Assembly (NCBI GenBank): GCA_001938485.1
Contig: MQRK01249566.1
Location: forward strand, 12,943-76,942
DNA from: Girardia tigrina
Taxonomy: Eukaryota
Direction: 5' to 3'
DNA length: 64,000 nucleotides
Translations under genes and position numbers: made by a program
Part shown: piece after piece, positions 1 to 13,028 of the stretch
Numbering within the stretch: the stretch's first letter is position 1
How the letters are laid out: every line of letters starts with the position of its first letter
Notes under the pieces: generated by a model
Database searches by the model: none
Told to the model about the DNA's origin: nothing
The model's input: only the letters and a program-made list of their open reading frames with translations

Positions 1-239
1 GAAACTGATCACAGTGATAGTGAAGAAATATTAACTGATGATGCTTTTATTATCTATGATGAATAAATTCTTATTTTTCCAGTTTAATTCTTATTTATTT
101 TTCAAGTTTAAAACAAGTTGAAAAACAAAAGCACCAAATAGTAGGTGTAAACCAATATTGGGCGGCTTTTCAATTTTTTTTCCACCTACTATTAAAATAG
201 TAGGTGTCCTACTATTTCATGTTATCCGTTAAAATGATG

Positions 240-1230
240 TCTTGAAATTGCTTGATCAACGAAATTGCGTGCTCTTCCAAAACTTGCGAAGAATTTTCTG
301 GTTCTATTTGATAACAAGTGCAATACTCGCTCTTTAATCTCCTCTCTAGTTTTTGCCAATGGTTTAATTTTCTTATAATTAGCTTTTATTTCACCAAAAT
401 ATTCCTCAATAGGATTTAACTGAGGTGAATAAGGTGGAAGAAATTCGAAACTGATTCTAAATTCATTAAGAACCCTTAAAACTTCCTGACTATGACGGGA
501 CCTTCAGTTATCCATGATTAATACTTATTTGGTATGATCTTCAAAATAAGGTTTTAGGAAACTTGTTATGAAAGCAATAAAATGTTCAGCGTTATAGGCT
601 CCGTCATGTAAATGAAATGATAACACTGTATCACAACTAATGGCTGCCATTAAGCTTATGTTTTCCCCTTTATTAGCGGGAAATATCGCATAGGCTTTAG
701 TATTTTTCTGAGAATAAACAAAATTTCTGGATGTGTGCAAATTAAATCCAGTTTCATCAAGAAAACCAGTTGTTCGTCAGAATAGTTCATTAATTCTCTA
801 GCATAGGCTTGCCTAGAATCCAAAACCATCTAGTTATTCCTTTCACAAGGTATTCTCGTCAGCTTCTTTCTAGTTATATTCATTTTTTGACCATTTTAGA
901 AACAAAACTTTGTGAACGTTGAATTCCAGAAGATTCCAAGGAGTCCACTATGTCCATTTGTACTAAACTATTATCTCGATCAACTATCGAAGATATTTCG
1001 TGTTTTATTGTGGCATTCTCTTTAAACTTTGGTCCTTATTTGGAAGAAATAATCTCGGCTTTATCCATGACCGACGTAATCTTTTTTATTAGATTATGAA
1101 GCGAAGAATACGAAAGACCCGTCAACTCCTGGATTTCTTTATCAGTTTTGTTTATTTCTAACCACCTTTTTACATTGTCAATCATTTTACAGAGTTCTTT
1201 TCTTTCTTTGATTTTGAATATGTGGATTAA
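240..1230 (-). pseudogene. Decayed IS630/Tc1-family (DD34E) transposase
   Basis: Minus strand reads FLDET (~750-764), NISLMAAIS, LIMDN (~508-521) and LPPYSPQLNPIEEYF (~400-441); D-to-E spacing is 34 codons; frameshifts and stops present; TIRs not clearly resolved. Confidence 0.85.
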
Positions 1231-1440
1231 AATAAATTTTTTAGATTATTTAAAATAGTAGCGACAAAAAAACATACCAATAATTGGAATATTGGTTTTG
1301 ATAATGTTGGGAACGTTCATAAAATATAAAATTTTTGAATCCTATGAAATTATTAAATAAACAATTACATTCCGTAAAATATTGTTATAAATATATTAAA
1401 ATAGATTTTCAGAAATTTAATATAAAAAATTAATTTAAGT

Positions 1441-2068
1441 AAGAAATAAAATAAATTTTACGGTAGGGTGATTAAAAGATTTATGTAAAGATTTATTATA
1501 AAGTAAAAGAAAAGTTCATTTCAAATTTGATGAAAATATTTATTAGAAATAAAATAAAAGTAATTTAAGTTTGATATTTTATTTAAAAGTAAACTAAACT
1601 ATTTTTTTGTAACTTTTAAATCAAAGTAAATTAAAAATGTGGTTATAATTATTTTGGAAAATGTAATTATAATTTTTATTGAAAATTAAAAATTAGAATT
1701 AAAAAATAATTGAAAACCATTAAATCGACTTAAATAAAAAAATGCGATTTTATTTTTTTTTTGGAAAATGTAATTGAGAAACAGTTAAATTTAAATGTAC
1801 TATAAAATTGAAAAATTAATAAAAGACGCAACAAAATTTTTGTGACAAAATTTTAATTCACTATAATTTTTTATTAAAAAAATATAGAATTTTAATTTGT
1901 AAGAAAAAATATACTAACCATATTTTATTTATATCTATTTTTATTTATACTGGTTGTGTAAAAAAGAAAGTACAAAAGTTCCTCAAAAATATTTGTTTAA
2001 AAAATTCAAATTGTTATAGAAATAAATTTTTGTGTTCATTATAATGTCTTTTGAGCAAGAACCTAATA
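1441..2068 (+). repeat. Dispersed AT-rich repeat, copy A (copy B at 17327-18115)
   Basis: Collinear similarity from aagaaataaaataaattttacggtagg to tcttttga(g/t)caagaacc in both copies. Confidence 0.8.
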
Positions 2069-2154
2069 GATAATATTAATCAACATTTATTATACGCTAA
2101 TAAGGTTGTACAAAGTTATTTAGACGGTTTTACGACAAACAAAAAATGTAGACT

Positions 2155-2242
2155 AAATTTATTTATATTATGGAAAAAGTTATTTATATTATGGAATAAA
2201 GTTATTTATATTATGAAATAAAGTTATTTATATTATGGAATA
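2155..2242. repeat. 22-bp tandem repeat (ttatttatattatggaataaag) x~4
   Basis: Directly visible tandem units. Confidence 0.8.
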
Positions 2243-3479
2243 ACTCTGTAAATATACTATTAAATAATTAAATATACTATAAATGTGGTGCTCTGGATCT
2301 CAAAAATTTAGATAATGAAATCGAAATGACATAAATCAAAAATTACAACAATTTGTTATTTTTTTAATAATATGAACAAAAGCTATTCAAAACATTTATA
2401 AATGTAACAACAAAAATGTCGACTGCATTAAAAATAAATAATTTTGACTTCATCGTTTGTTCTGATTTGAATCCAGTTTCGATTTTACTCTAAACTCTCA
2501 TGCTCTGACACTGTACTCACACGACTTCTCACTGATGAATAATCAAACCAACTTCTTAATTCAATATTATCGAATGATTCTTAAAACATCTTGTGGTCAA
2601 GCGGGAGGAACCATATAAGCTTCTTTGACATCTAACGATCCTCACACTGTCCTCAGTTACGATGATGAACAACTGGTGCTGGCGGGCCTTTCTATCAGAA
2701 CCAATGATCACGGATGCACTGCCGAACAGCGGTCTAAGTCGACTGACTCAACTAAATCAGCAGATGAGGGGCAGAATAACTTCACATTATCGGTCCGGTA
2801 ACCTATTCAAAAAGCGGAGCGACCCGGACTAGAATTAGTATATAAATTTTAATTTTAAGCCACTAATTTATTATCATTGTGTGCTGAAATGAACGAAAAA
2901 AATGAACCGTATACAATTTTAGTAACGACCTTAAATTATCCCTTTGAAACATACTTGTTCAAATGAAACAACCACAAAATGTCTAACTTTTTGTTTTTCG
3001 AAGTTAATAAAAAATTTAGTCGAATTAAACCTTAATATTAAAAGGACTCGATGAACTATTATTATTATTTTTTTTTTATCATTATAATTATTATTATTTT
3101 GATGTTATTTTTGAGGACATATTTACTTTTTGACCACATTTAAAATTTAATTTATATAATAAAATAATATTTATTAGGAAATAATTAATTATTCTGTGAA
3201 AATTTTGGGTTATTTAATTTGGGTATTTAAAAACTTAAATTAATTTTGAACAGTAAGATTTAAATTTTAAGATATGAGTACGAATGCTAATAAAATATTA
3301 TTAAAACATATTTTTTCTGAATCATTCGATCAAAAAGGTAGTTTTAGGGGCAGACAAAAACAGACTTAAATAAGGAAATAATGGATAATAACAAAAAAGA
3401 ATATTATAGAAGACTTCTGTACAAACAAGACCCAATAAATCATTCGTTAATTTTGTAGCATATTTTATATCTGTTTGAT

Positions 3480-4130
3480 TGCCACTGAGAACTTTTTTGA
3501 TGCTTCCTTTCCTCCGATTTGGTGTCTCTCTCACGATAAACATAGGATCCTTTGTGAAGATTTGCTCTGAGTGTATCGAGTTTTCCTTGACCTCCGGATC
3601 TCCCTGTTTCTTTGTTGTTGTTTCCGTGTTGTAATACTGCCATTGAACCCTGTAATAAACCCTTTTTAATCCAAAAATACCTACGGCTAAACTAGATCAT
3701 TTCGGTCAAGGGTTGGTCACCGGCCCGTTCCAAATCCACCTGCAACTCGAAAGGCAGTCCAGCCATGAATGCAGCCTTTGTTAGATCGTCGACTTTTGAT
3801 ACGCATATTCATCGATAGTCTCGCCCTTGTGACTGAAGTAAGTTTATCAATTGACTACACGCAAAACGTCTAGTCAGGCCGAACGAATTGTTTAGTATCT
3901 TGAAGAACCGATCGCAACTGCTTTGCGTCTCTTGTCCGATTCCATGTAGATGTTAAATGCAATCCCCAATAGTAAAAAAGGAAGATATGGAGCTGTATCA
4001 GTAATCTTCTGGATTTTCATGAGTATTTCAAATTTTTTCTGCCAGATCTCGAAGCTAACTCTTCCATCGAACTTTTCCAAAAACTCCAAAATGATTTTCA
4101 TATCATTCATTATGCCCGGATAGCTTGTAA
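3480..4130 (-). pseudogene. LTR-retrotransposon gag-like relic
   Basis: EKFDGRVSFEIWQKKFE (gag N-terminus-like FDG..F..W...FE), AFMAGLPFELQ near 3745-3775 and a degenerate zinc-knuckle-like stretch near 3520-3545; broken frames. Confidence 0.6.
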
Positions 4131-6599
4131 CATGCGAAAAGTTTATTTTCAAAACACTGTTTGATTGATAATATTTAAACAAAATATTTATCAAAAAAGC
4201 ATATATTTAATATTTTAAATAATCAAAATATTTAATATCCAACATAAAATATTTTGGAACTCCAACTTGAAATTTATCGAAATACTTGTGTTAGGATTTT
4301 TGCAAATTTAAAAAAAAAATTTGAATATTTGAAAATTAAAAATATCAAAAATATTTAAAGTCAGAATTTTATTCAGAAGAATTTTTATAATTAAAACTAA
4401 AGAAGTTTAAAGTTTATATTTTTAAGATTTTAATTGGAAAGAATTTTATACGAAAACATTTTCAAAATAATTTTCACAATAGAATTTTCAAAAATAATTT
4501 GTTTCATAATTCAAGTTAAATTACCCTAGTTTACTGCGAATAACTTGCACCCATAAATTCCACTGTATTACCCGCGGTTTATCCGCAGTAAATTAGGGTA
4601 AAAAATAATTCTAAAATTATAAAACGGAATAAAATCAAATAATATAACTCTAAAATTAATATAATATTTAATTATAAGGCTAAATAACGAAAGTAAAATA
4701 TTATATAAAGAAGATTTAAAAAGATCATTAAAAAAAAAGATTTGTTAGTACAAATAATATTAGTTTAAATTTTATGAAAGTCGTAAATAAAGTCACAAAT
4801 TTTTAATATTAAAATTTGTAATAAATAACGTATAAATATTTCTAATTTAATTAAAAATTATATTTAATATTTATTTTTAGCAATTTTGATACCTCGTTTG
4901 TTTGAAAAAATTGTTAATTGTTATAGAAATAAATATTTTTGTATTATGAACTCAGTCGTTGTAATTTCGTATCTGATTTCCTTTTTATTATATTGCTGTC
5001 AGTTTATTATATTATTATATATTTTCGTTAAATTAAAATTTATTTTTTATAGTTTTATTTATTTAAATATTTCGTTAAAAGAGTTCATTGAAATTTACGT
5101 TTCAGTTAGCTTTTTTACAATCTACACAAAGAAAGTTAACAGTATTAAATTGTCTTACAATTCAAAATTGATTTTTTTTGCTACAAACAAATGCAATTTA
5201 CTTTAGCTTTAACAACACAACCTTTTATTTTTCTATACGTAAACGTCAATGACAACGTATAAATGCAATCCGAACAATATTCGAATCATCGAGTATTCAA
5301 ACCAGAGTTGTTTGGATTAAACATTGTTCGGATTAGAGACCGTCCAATAAAACTTTCGATACTAATTGAAATTCGCATTTTGCGTCTCGTTGCCTTTTTT
5401 GTAACTTATAAAGTTTATTTTATTTGCAATAACTTAATTGATGAGATCTTTTCAATGATGTTCTTCTTGTATTGATAAGATTTTGTATTGACTGATTTTC
5501 AACAAATGTTGTCAACTTACTTTCGCATCAAATTGCTGCTTTTCCCAAGAGATGAGTACACCACTTTGAGAAGTTTTACACTTAACAACTTTTGAAGAAA
5601 GACTTCAAATTATATTTACCTTGTTCTGAGAACAAAAGTAAGTAGAAGAGATAAAATCAAAATATGAATAGTTTTTGGGAATATTTTAATAAAAATCAAA
5701 ATGCGCCAAGTTGACGCGTTCCGTAAAACAAGTGTTAACAAAAACTTTAACTGACATTTAAAGTTAATGATTTCTTTGGGAACATAACTGGAAAAGATTC
5801 TTTTGATTTAATTACAAAATAATTTATTTTTCAACAAAAATATTTTCCAAAAACATTCAATTAATTTGAAATGATAAAATTCTATTTTAATTAATATTAT
5901 CGAACCTTCACAACATAGCCTGAAGTAGTAAGGATAGACGAACTTAGCAGTATTATCATACTGATAGTTTTATTACTGTACTCTAATTTATGTTTTTCCA
6001 TAGTGGAAATAGTAATTTCAGTCTGTCTATCAGGAAGTTGAGAATTATATCTTGCTTGATGTATAATTAGGATCCTGTCTAAATAATACAATGATTTATC
6101 AACTGGAAAGAATGACTGATATTAAAATTTTAGAAGTTTTATAATATATAATGATTCATATTGAAAGAAACATCAACTAAAAATTAGAAACGGAAGCATG
6201 AAATGAGAGCAAATTTTAACACCAAAAATGTTCAAAAATATCCTAATAAAAACGCTAGGAATAGGACAATCATACTCATGAGATTCATGATCCGGAATCC
6301 TAAAAGAGACTGTAAGTGTATTCGTGATAATAGAGAACACATTGCTACACGAACATTCTGTTGATAAAATTTCTTAGAAACCCTAATAACTTTTGACTAT
6401 GCAAAATACAACAATGTAAAAATTGAAACTTCATCTATAAGACGGTGTTCACCGCTGTTAATTTTTATCAGTTGTTTTCCCTTTTTATTGAAAGTAAAAA
6501 GGACATATATGAGACTTAGATTCACAGAGAGAAAATTGACTCTAGATTATAAACGAGTCATCTTACATTTTAACAAAATATATTCCGACCAACGTTATG

Positions 6600-7900
6600 A
6601 ATTATTTCCCCGATTCTTTTGAAAACAGTTCAAGACTTTGGGATATTCATAAATGTTAACTGCTTTGAATCCAATTTAAGCAAATGTTTCTGCAGGTTAG
6701 TTCCTCTCAAGCGAAAAAAGAGGAATTACAATTGTTTCAAAGATAATTCGATGGAGAAATCACAAGTAACCCATCATTCGAATGTGCATACGAGAATATT
6801 GATGATTATCTTCAATGAATTTTTAAACTAATTAAAGCTTCTGGGTGCAGAATAATCATTATAAAACCTTATTTTAGATAAACGAAAATAAAAAAAGAAA
6901 GTATCAGTGAATATGCCGAAAGAATCCGCATATGAAGTTTAAGAATAAAATAAAGGAAAGAAGATATAATGATCGATTCTATCTTGGAAGAATAGGCACA
7001 TAAAAGATTTCAACAATTGTCCAGTTTTTCAAATCAAAAACACTAAAAGAACTAATCGACATTATAAATGACGAACAAGAACCAGAAAAAAACATTTCGA
7101 TGATTACAAAATCTTTTATCACATTAAACCAGATCAGGAAAATATTAAACTGCTTAAATTTGAAAACGAAAAACTTAAGGAAATGATTGTACGATTGAAA
7201 ACGATAATATTGAGAACAAGAGAAAAAGTACAGAAAAAACAATTTGATCCAAGAAATGTGTCTAGAAATTCCCTTGCATTTTCAATGTTTGTGAAGCGAC
7301 AAACCACATATTTCCAGGTTGTAAAATAAAACAATTAAGATAATTTCAAGAAGATGAGCAAGAATTTTTGAGTAATGAGCCATTAGAGAAGGAAAAAACT
7401 TAACTGCAGGATAATAAAATTATTATGATGTAAAAGTTGGGTTTGAACAAACAAAAGTCAAAGACCCTTTTAAATAACAATCCAACATTGTAGGAAATAT
7501 AAGATAATTATATTCACAGCTATTGAGCCCGGCCACAGCAGAATTTATATAAATACGACTCCGTCGGTATAGCACGGCAAATTGGCTAATAAAGTCATAT
7601 TCGACATACGTGCGTACCTAAAGGCAATTAGTCATGAGTGGAAACGTGAACACAATCCGGACATCAAAATTTATGATTCAAGAAACAAGGTAATATGTAC
7701 AAATGTGCCACGGAAAATGCATATAGAAAGTTCAACTGAACGTTGCAATCAGACCACATAGTATAGACCCTGTTTTTTACATAATGACCAAAATATTTCC
7801 TTACATTTTTATTAGGTTAAAAATTATGGAAAAATGCAATATAAAAGTAAATGCAAGAGAAGATTTTATCAAAATACAAAATGTAAAAATCCCATTAATA
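6600..7900 (+). pseudogene. Possible gag/aspartic-protease relic of an LTR retrotransposon
   Basis: ESISEYAER (~6897-6925, gag-like) and KVIFDIRA (~7590-7615, degenerate D-T/S-G-A protease motif); heavily decayed. Confidence 0.35.
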
Positions 7901-8679
7901 TCAAAAACATTTACGGGGGACTCTTTAAACTATGGGGCTCCATGTTGGGAATCGAAATACGGGATACATCCAGATAAAGACTCAAAATTTTGAATTATAG
8001 AGAATTATTTTATTAGATAAAATTACTAGTAGCCGTACTGAAAATTATTTTAAGTATACTAATACAACAAGCAAAATATGTATCATATTAAAGTATTCTT
8101 CCCATTCGGTTTCGAGTAACATTATTTTGATTAACATATAAAACTGTAAAAGGAGTCTACCGGTAGACTCTGCCCATTGACACTAAATGTGTTAATATAA
8201 TTCAGACTTTAATATCTAGAAAAATAATTTTGACAAATTTGGGAAATTGTAATTCTAAAACATTTGTATGTAAAAATAAAATAAAATAACTATAATTTTC
8301 TGAGTGAACCTTGTATTTTTTTGCCTTCCACCATTCTTAAAGCCGTTTTCTCGTATATCAGTATAACATTCTTGTAGGAAAAGCCTCAAAATTTTTGTAA
8401 CTAATTATTATTTCAAAAGATTTTTTTCTGAAAAAACGTTTTCTTGAATTACATTTGATAATTATAGTTTTTTATTTTTGTTTTAATTTACCGGCAACAA
8501 AATCTTTCAAGATAAAATGTTTATTTAATGTCTTTTTATTTTATTATTTTAATTAAATTTTATATTCGTTTGTCACAAATATCAGAAGTAATATCCAAAT
8601 TAACGGTGGTAATTTTAAATTCCTATGTAATTATTTTTAGAAAAATCAAATATTAATAACGATATAAATAAATATAATA

Positions 8680-9228
8680 CATGAAACCTCTATACAAGGT
8701 ACATCCAATTTGTCTCCAAAAATTTTGTGATTTGTACTTTATATAGAGAGTTTACTTTATATAGAGACTTACTTTATAAATAAAAAAATAAAATAAGTGA
8801 AATAAAACTTGAGAAGAGAGCAGAATAAAGGAATAAATAAATAACTGGAAAGGTTCATCTAAATATTCCCTAAAAAGTTTTATTCTGCAGTTTATCTTAA
8901 TAAAATTCGACTGCTCAAAAATTTCAGACGATTTGCTTTCAGTTTTCAATTAATTTTACGTAGTCAATTATGTCACATATGTAAGAGGTAAAATTAATGA
9001 TTCCATGATAACTGTAAACCATCAAAATATATTATCCCTACAAATACATTGAACTCTCTAAATAAAGTACACCTTATATAAAGTACACTTCTGTATAAAA
9101 AAAACCAAGAAATTACAAATTTTTAAACACTGAGTTAATATTCTATATACAGTAAACTCTCTATATAAAGTACAAATTACAAAACTTTTGGTGACAATTT
9201 GGGTCTACCTTATATAGACAGTTTACTG
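8680..9228. mobile_element. pogo/Tigger-like MITE (~550 bp) with ~80-bp imperfect TIRs and TA TSD
   Basis: 8680-8760 is the inverted copy of 9148-9228; flanked by TA at 8678-79 and 9229-30; the right TIR is itself bounded by CAGTAAAC...GTTTACTG. Confidence 0.7.
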
Positions 9229-9329
9229 TATTTTAAAATTGTGTTAGTTTTTGTTTAAGAAAATTGATTTTTATATTTATTTACTATTAATACATTGACA
9301 TTTATATTCATCAATAGCGAACTAAAATT

Positions 9330-10240
9330 ATGATGAGAAAAATAAATCTATCTTAATCAAAATTCGAAAGAAATCGCGCTACTTTTCAAACTTTCACTAA
9401 GTGAAGCGAGAACCTAAGCGTAAGACGCAGAATAAAACATCACATTCTCACGAAAAGAACAATTTACAATTTGAATTCAAATCATGAAAAGTGAATGCAT
9501 CAAAAATTAGAAATTTGTGCAATCTTCAGGTCTCTGTAAGAACGGCGATATTTAAAGAAAGACACGGGTTATGGATACAAAAATGTTATAAAGCAAAGTA
9601 ATTTGTCATAGAATGATAATCAGAAAAGAACGGAAATAATAAAATCATGTACTTCGGAAAATCATCAATGAGAACACATAATATTTTCGAATGAAAAACG
9701 CTTTTCACTTTACGGTCCCGATGACTGGTGATCTTATGTTGTAATATGATTACAAAAAATGAAAATAAACGACATAATAAAGATGTAAATATTATTATCT
9801 GGATGATATCCACGCACAATGGTATCATATCTTATAGATTTGTTGAAGGGAATTTGTATTCGATTGGTTGTATTAACATTTTAAAGTAGTGTACGGTGCC
9901 AAAGTTAAAGTTCAACTATATCAATGATATTGCTTTTTAGGTAGAAAATTCCAGTGTCTACAGAAATCCAGTGTTGTTCCAGAATCGTCCAAGAATTTAT
10001 GACTTCAACTAATATCAATATACTAAATTGCCATCTAAAAGTCCTGACTTGAACATAGTCGAAAACTGTTGGGAAATAATATCAGACAGAGTCTACGATA
10101 GAAAATTATATCAAAGCAAGAATGATTTAAGGGCGAAAATTAGTGATATTTTAAATGACATAAATGAGAATAAGAGAGAAAAAATTCAGTCTTTTTACAA
10201 ATTATCAAAGTCAATTATGTACAATATTAGAAAGACATAG
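9330..10240 (+). pseudogene. Decayed Tc1-like transposase
   Basis: FSNEKRFSLYGPD (~9685-9725, F-S-D-E motif) and PSKSPDLNIVENCW (10031-10075). Confidence 0.8.
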
Positions 10241-10399
10241 AAATTTGTGAAACAAATAAAGTGGTATTTTTTTAAATAAATGTTTTAAAATTTGTGACCG
10301 TTTGAAAGATTCAGAAAAATGAAGTTTTACAATTATTTTTGAAATGGAATCGTTTTAGTAACATGTGCTAAAATATAAACATTAATATTAAGAACATTT

Positions 10400-10840
10400 A
10401 GACAAGTCTCGTTTGAATGTTTATTACAATCACATTTAGAGTCATTATGACTCTCAGAAAGTCTTTCATCGTTTGCCATCATTCTAATTGGTTTTCTTAT
10501 TTCTGTTTTTAATCATGATTATTCGAACATTTTTTTTAAAATATTTAGCCTCTAAAAATATTAATTAAAAAAATAATAATTTTTTTCATTTTTCAATAAA
10601 TCTTAAAATAATAAAAATGTCATCAAATTATTAAAAATGCATTTAATTTAAATTTTACTAAAAAAATATTAAACTTAATTTTAATTGTGTTCGAATAGTC
10701 AATCACTTTAAATTTAAATAAAAAATACCAATTTCCATCTGGGTGGGAGAATCACCATTCTAAATTCAACATACTTAAATCAACATACAGCATCCATACA
10801 TTCACACATTCAAACAAATTAAAATATTCCTCACAAATTT
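10400..10840 (+). repeat. Dispersed repeat family with core CCATCTG(G/T)GTGGGAGA...CAACATAC...AATATTCCTCAC; other cores at ~31557, ~40648, ~45208, ~47248 (+) and ~48345-48432 (-)
   Basis: Same core motif preceded by ~400 bp of alignable AT-rich sequence in six places; 31200-31640 and 48340-48790 are clear inverted copies. Confidence 0.7.
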
Positions 10841-11130
10841 TATTGATTAAAATTAATCGATAAATTAATCGTAGTTCTAAAATGTATTTCAGTTTAGAGA
10901 AATTACAAATTATCACGATAACTGATATATTCATAACTGTGTCAATCGAAAAAATTGTAGTTTTATGTATATTAAATTTACATTAAAAAATAATTTAACC
11001 CACGGAATATGATACTATCATTAACTATATGAATCAATTGAATTCAAATTTGAAAATATATTGTTTCTAAGAATATATTATGTCGGATTCAATGTACAAA
11101 TTCTTACTGAGAAAAAAAAACCAGAATTAA

Positions 11131-11624
11131 ATGGAATACGAACAAATTGATACCAAAATCAAAATCCAAAATAACAAGAGAAAAACAGAATCGGTATCAA
11201 ATACAAATGTATATCAATGCGATGTGGACAAATCGCCCTCCCATGTTCCTCCCATAGCACCTCGAATACCAGAACTAATACCGAATATCGAGGATGCTAA
11301 GCACCTCGTTAGTCGCCAAGGCTTACTCCTGGTATATTTTTTGTAAGAAAATTTTTTTTACAGTATCGCCTGAATTTGGAAGCCAGACTCCCACTGGCAG
11401 TGGACACGATGCTGCAGTACCAATTAGTGATGGCACTACTGCAAGTGCAGCAATCGATCGAGTTCCTAGAAGATCACCAAACAACCGAAACGCTACAAAG
11501 TCAAAATCAAATAGTGAGAGACCTAATAAAGGAATTAAAAAGCGAGATGGGACTTCACTGGTTGACAACGGACCTTCTAGAGAAGGTGCGTCACGTCAAC
11601 CAAAGCGACGACGAGTCGCTGTAA
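11131..11624 (+). CDS. Unknown ~153-aa protein of the endogenous virus-like element, predicted spliced (11131-11331 + 11364-11624)
   Basis: Removing a 32-nt GT...TTTTTTTACAG segment (11332-11363) joins ORF 11131 in frame (phase 0) to ORF 11376-11624; GC-richer than the flanks. Confidence 0.5.
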
Positions 11625-11803
11625 AAGAAAATCAAAATAGGAAATTTATTTTTACCAAAGCATTTAATAATATTATTTTAGGTAGAGCAGCATATCCAAT
11701 CACACGAACTTGTAGAGGCAGAAACTACTACCTAAATATACGAAGAGACATTTTTGATAAATATAGGCAATTATCGAAAATTTATTATTTAATGAACTAT
11801 TAA
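11294..11803 (+). CDS. Overlapping Arg/Ser-rich 169-aa ORF with NLS-like PKRRR (virus-like accessory or structural protein?)
   Basis: Open frame overlapping the previous ORF, directly upstream of the Rep gene; no recognisable domain. Confidence 0.35.
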   Translation: MLSTSLVAKAYSWYIFCKKIFFTVSPEFGSQTPTGSGHDAAVPISDGTTASAAIDRVPRRSPNNRNATKSKSNSERPNKGIKKRDGTSLVDNGPSREGASRQPKRRRVAVKENQNRKFIFTKAFNNIILGRAAYPITRTCRGRNYYLNIRRDIFDKYRQLSKIYYLMNY

Positions 11804-11935
11804 TTTTTATGAGTTCAATGATATTTATTCATGAGTTGAATTACGATATGTTGATGATTTTTCTTTCCTTTTTTTATTGACTATCATTTTCATTATTATT
11901 AAATGACAAAAAATATTTATATAATATAATAATAG

Positions 11936-12903
11936 ACAACCTCCAAGCACAAATTGAAGAGATAGCTTCCTATGCCATAGGGCAGGAAGAGTTAAGTAAC
12001 GATGGATTCGCCCATATCGAGTTGTTTTTAACAACTCGATATAACACGACGCAATCTAATATCATGAAAAAGTTTAAAGTGTCATGGGCAAGACCCATAC
12101 CAATAGACGAAATTCAACGTTACATAGATTATGTAAGAAAGGAAGACACGAGAGTGTCTAACGGTATTAAAATCAAATATGGATCTCGCCCAAAGCATAG
12201 AGAAACAGAAGCGTTTTGGGTGAAATTCTTAAACTGCTCTACAATAGAAGAAGACATGGCGAGGCTAGAGCAAGAGCGTCCCATAGACTTTATAAGGTTT
12301 TTATCAAAATAATATTATTTTTATATAATTTTAACAGATATAGATCAAAATGCGAAGCAAAACTAATACAGAAATTTGGTAGAATTACCAAACCCGACTA
12401 CAACTATGGCTGAAAGACAGACTTCAAGCCATTTTTCTACGAAAATATTAATGGCATCAAAGAGATGCGATCACTATTATTCGAGGAAAAAGAAGAATTC
12501 GAAAAACCAATTTCGCCCTTTCCCACTTTGAAAACACCCAGCATGTCACAGGGATACACAAACAGGGAATCAGAAATTCCCTTATGATGGGGTCATCATT
12601 GACGACCTCCTGCTATGTGGGTGGAAAGTATCTGAAGTAAAATTATTTATTTAAAAACAAATTTATGATTCATTACAGGTACAAAACCTGCTTGACTGCA
12701 ACACCGAAGGCGAGGTGGTCGTCAAGTACGGTGCTGCTCTGATCGCCAAGAAAACACCACGAATCATATGCACAAATGCTCTCGAGTTTGTGATCAATCC
12801 CAATTGGCCCAAGATCAAAATAGATTCTTATCAAAGAAGAATAGCAGTGTACAACTTCGATAATTCGTTGTACGAAAATAAAGATAAGAAAAAAGACACT
12901 TAA
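11936..12903 (+). pseudogene. rep: CRESS-DNA-virus-type rolling-circle Rep (HUH endonuclease + SF3 helicase), intron-containing and frameshifted
   Basis: YAIGQEELSNDGFAHIELF (motif II), YIDYVRKEDTR (motif III YxxK), GKRRIRKT (degenerate Walker A, ~12485-12508), YDGVIIDDL (Walker B, 12583-12609), NLLD..VKYG (B'), PRIICTN (motif C), YQRRI (Arg finger); GT-AG introns 12297-12337 and 12637-12678 restore the frame. Confidence 0.85.
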
Positions 12904-13028
12904 AAAATACTCGTTAGACATAAAACTTTAAAAATTATTCAAGTTGACTTTATTTAAACGTTTAACTTTAATAAACTTTACTTCATTAAAGTCTTCATTC
13001 ATTATTTTCATTATTTTATTTAATTATA

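Noticed and set aside
2155-2242. Short tandem repeats as a CRISPR-like array
   Set aside because: No unique spacers; eukaryotic minisatellite.
4886-5475. Hydrophobic F/I/L-rich ORFs (typical of many in the ORF track)
   Set aside because: Expected by chance in very AT-rich DNA, often with non-ATG starts.
11323-11568. Antisense ORF in the virus-like region (also 11825-12034 and 12673-12921)
   Set aside because: Shadows of the + strand ORFs; no motifs.
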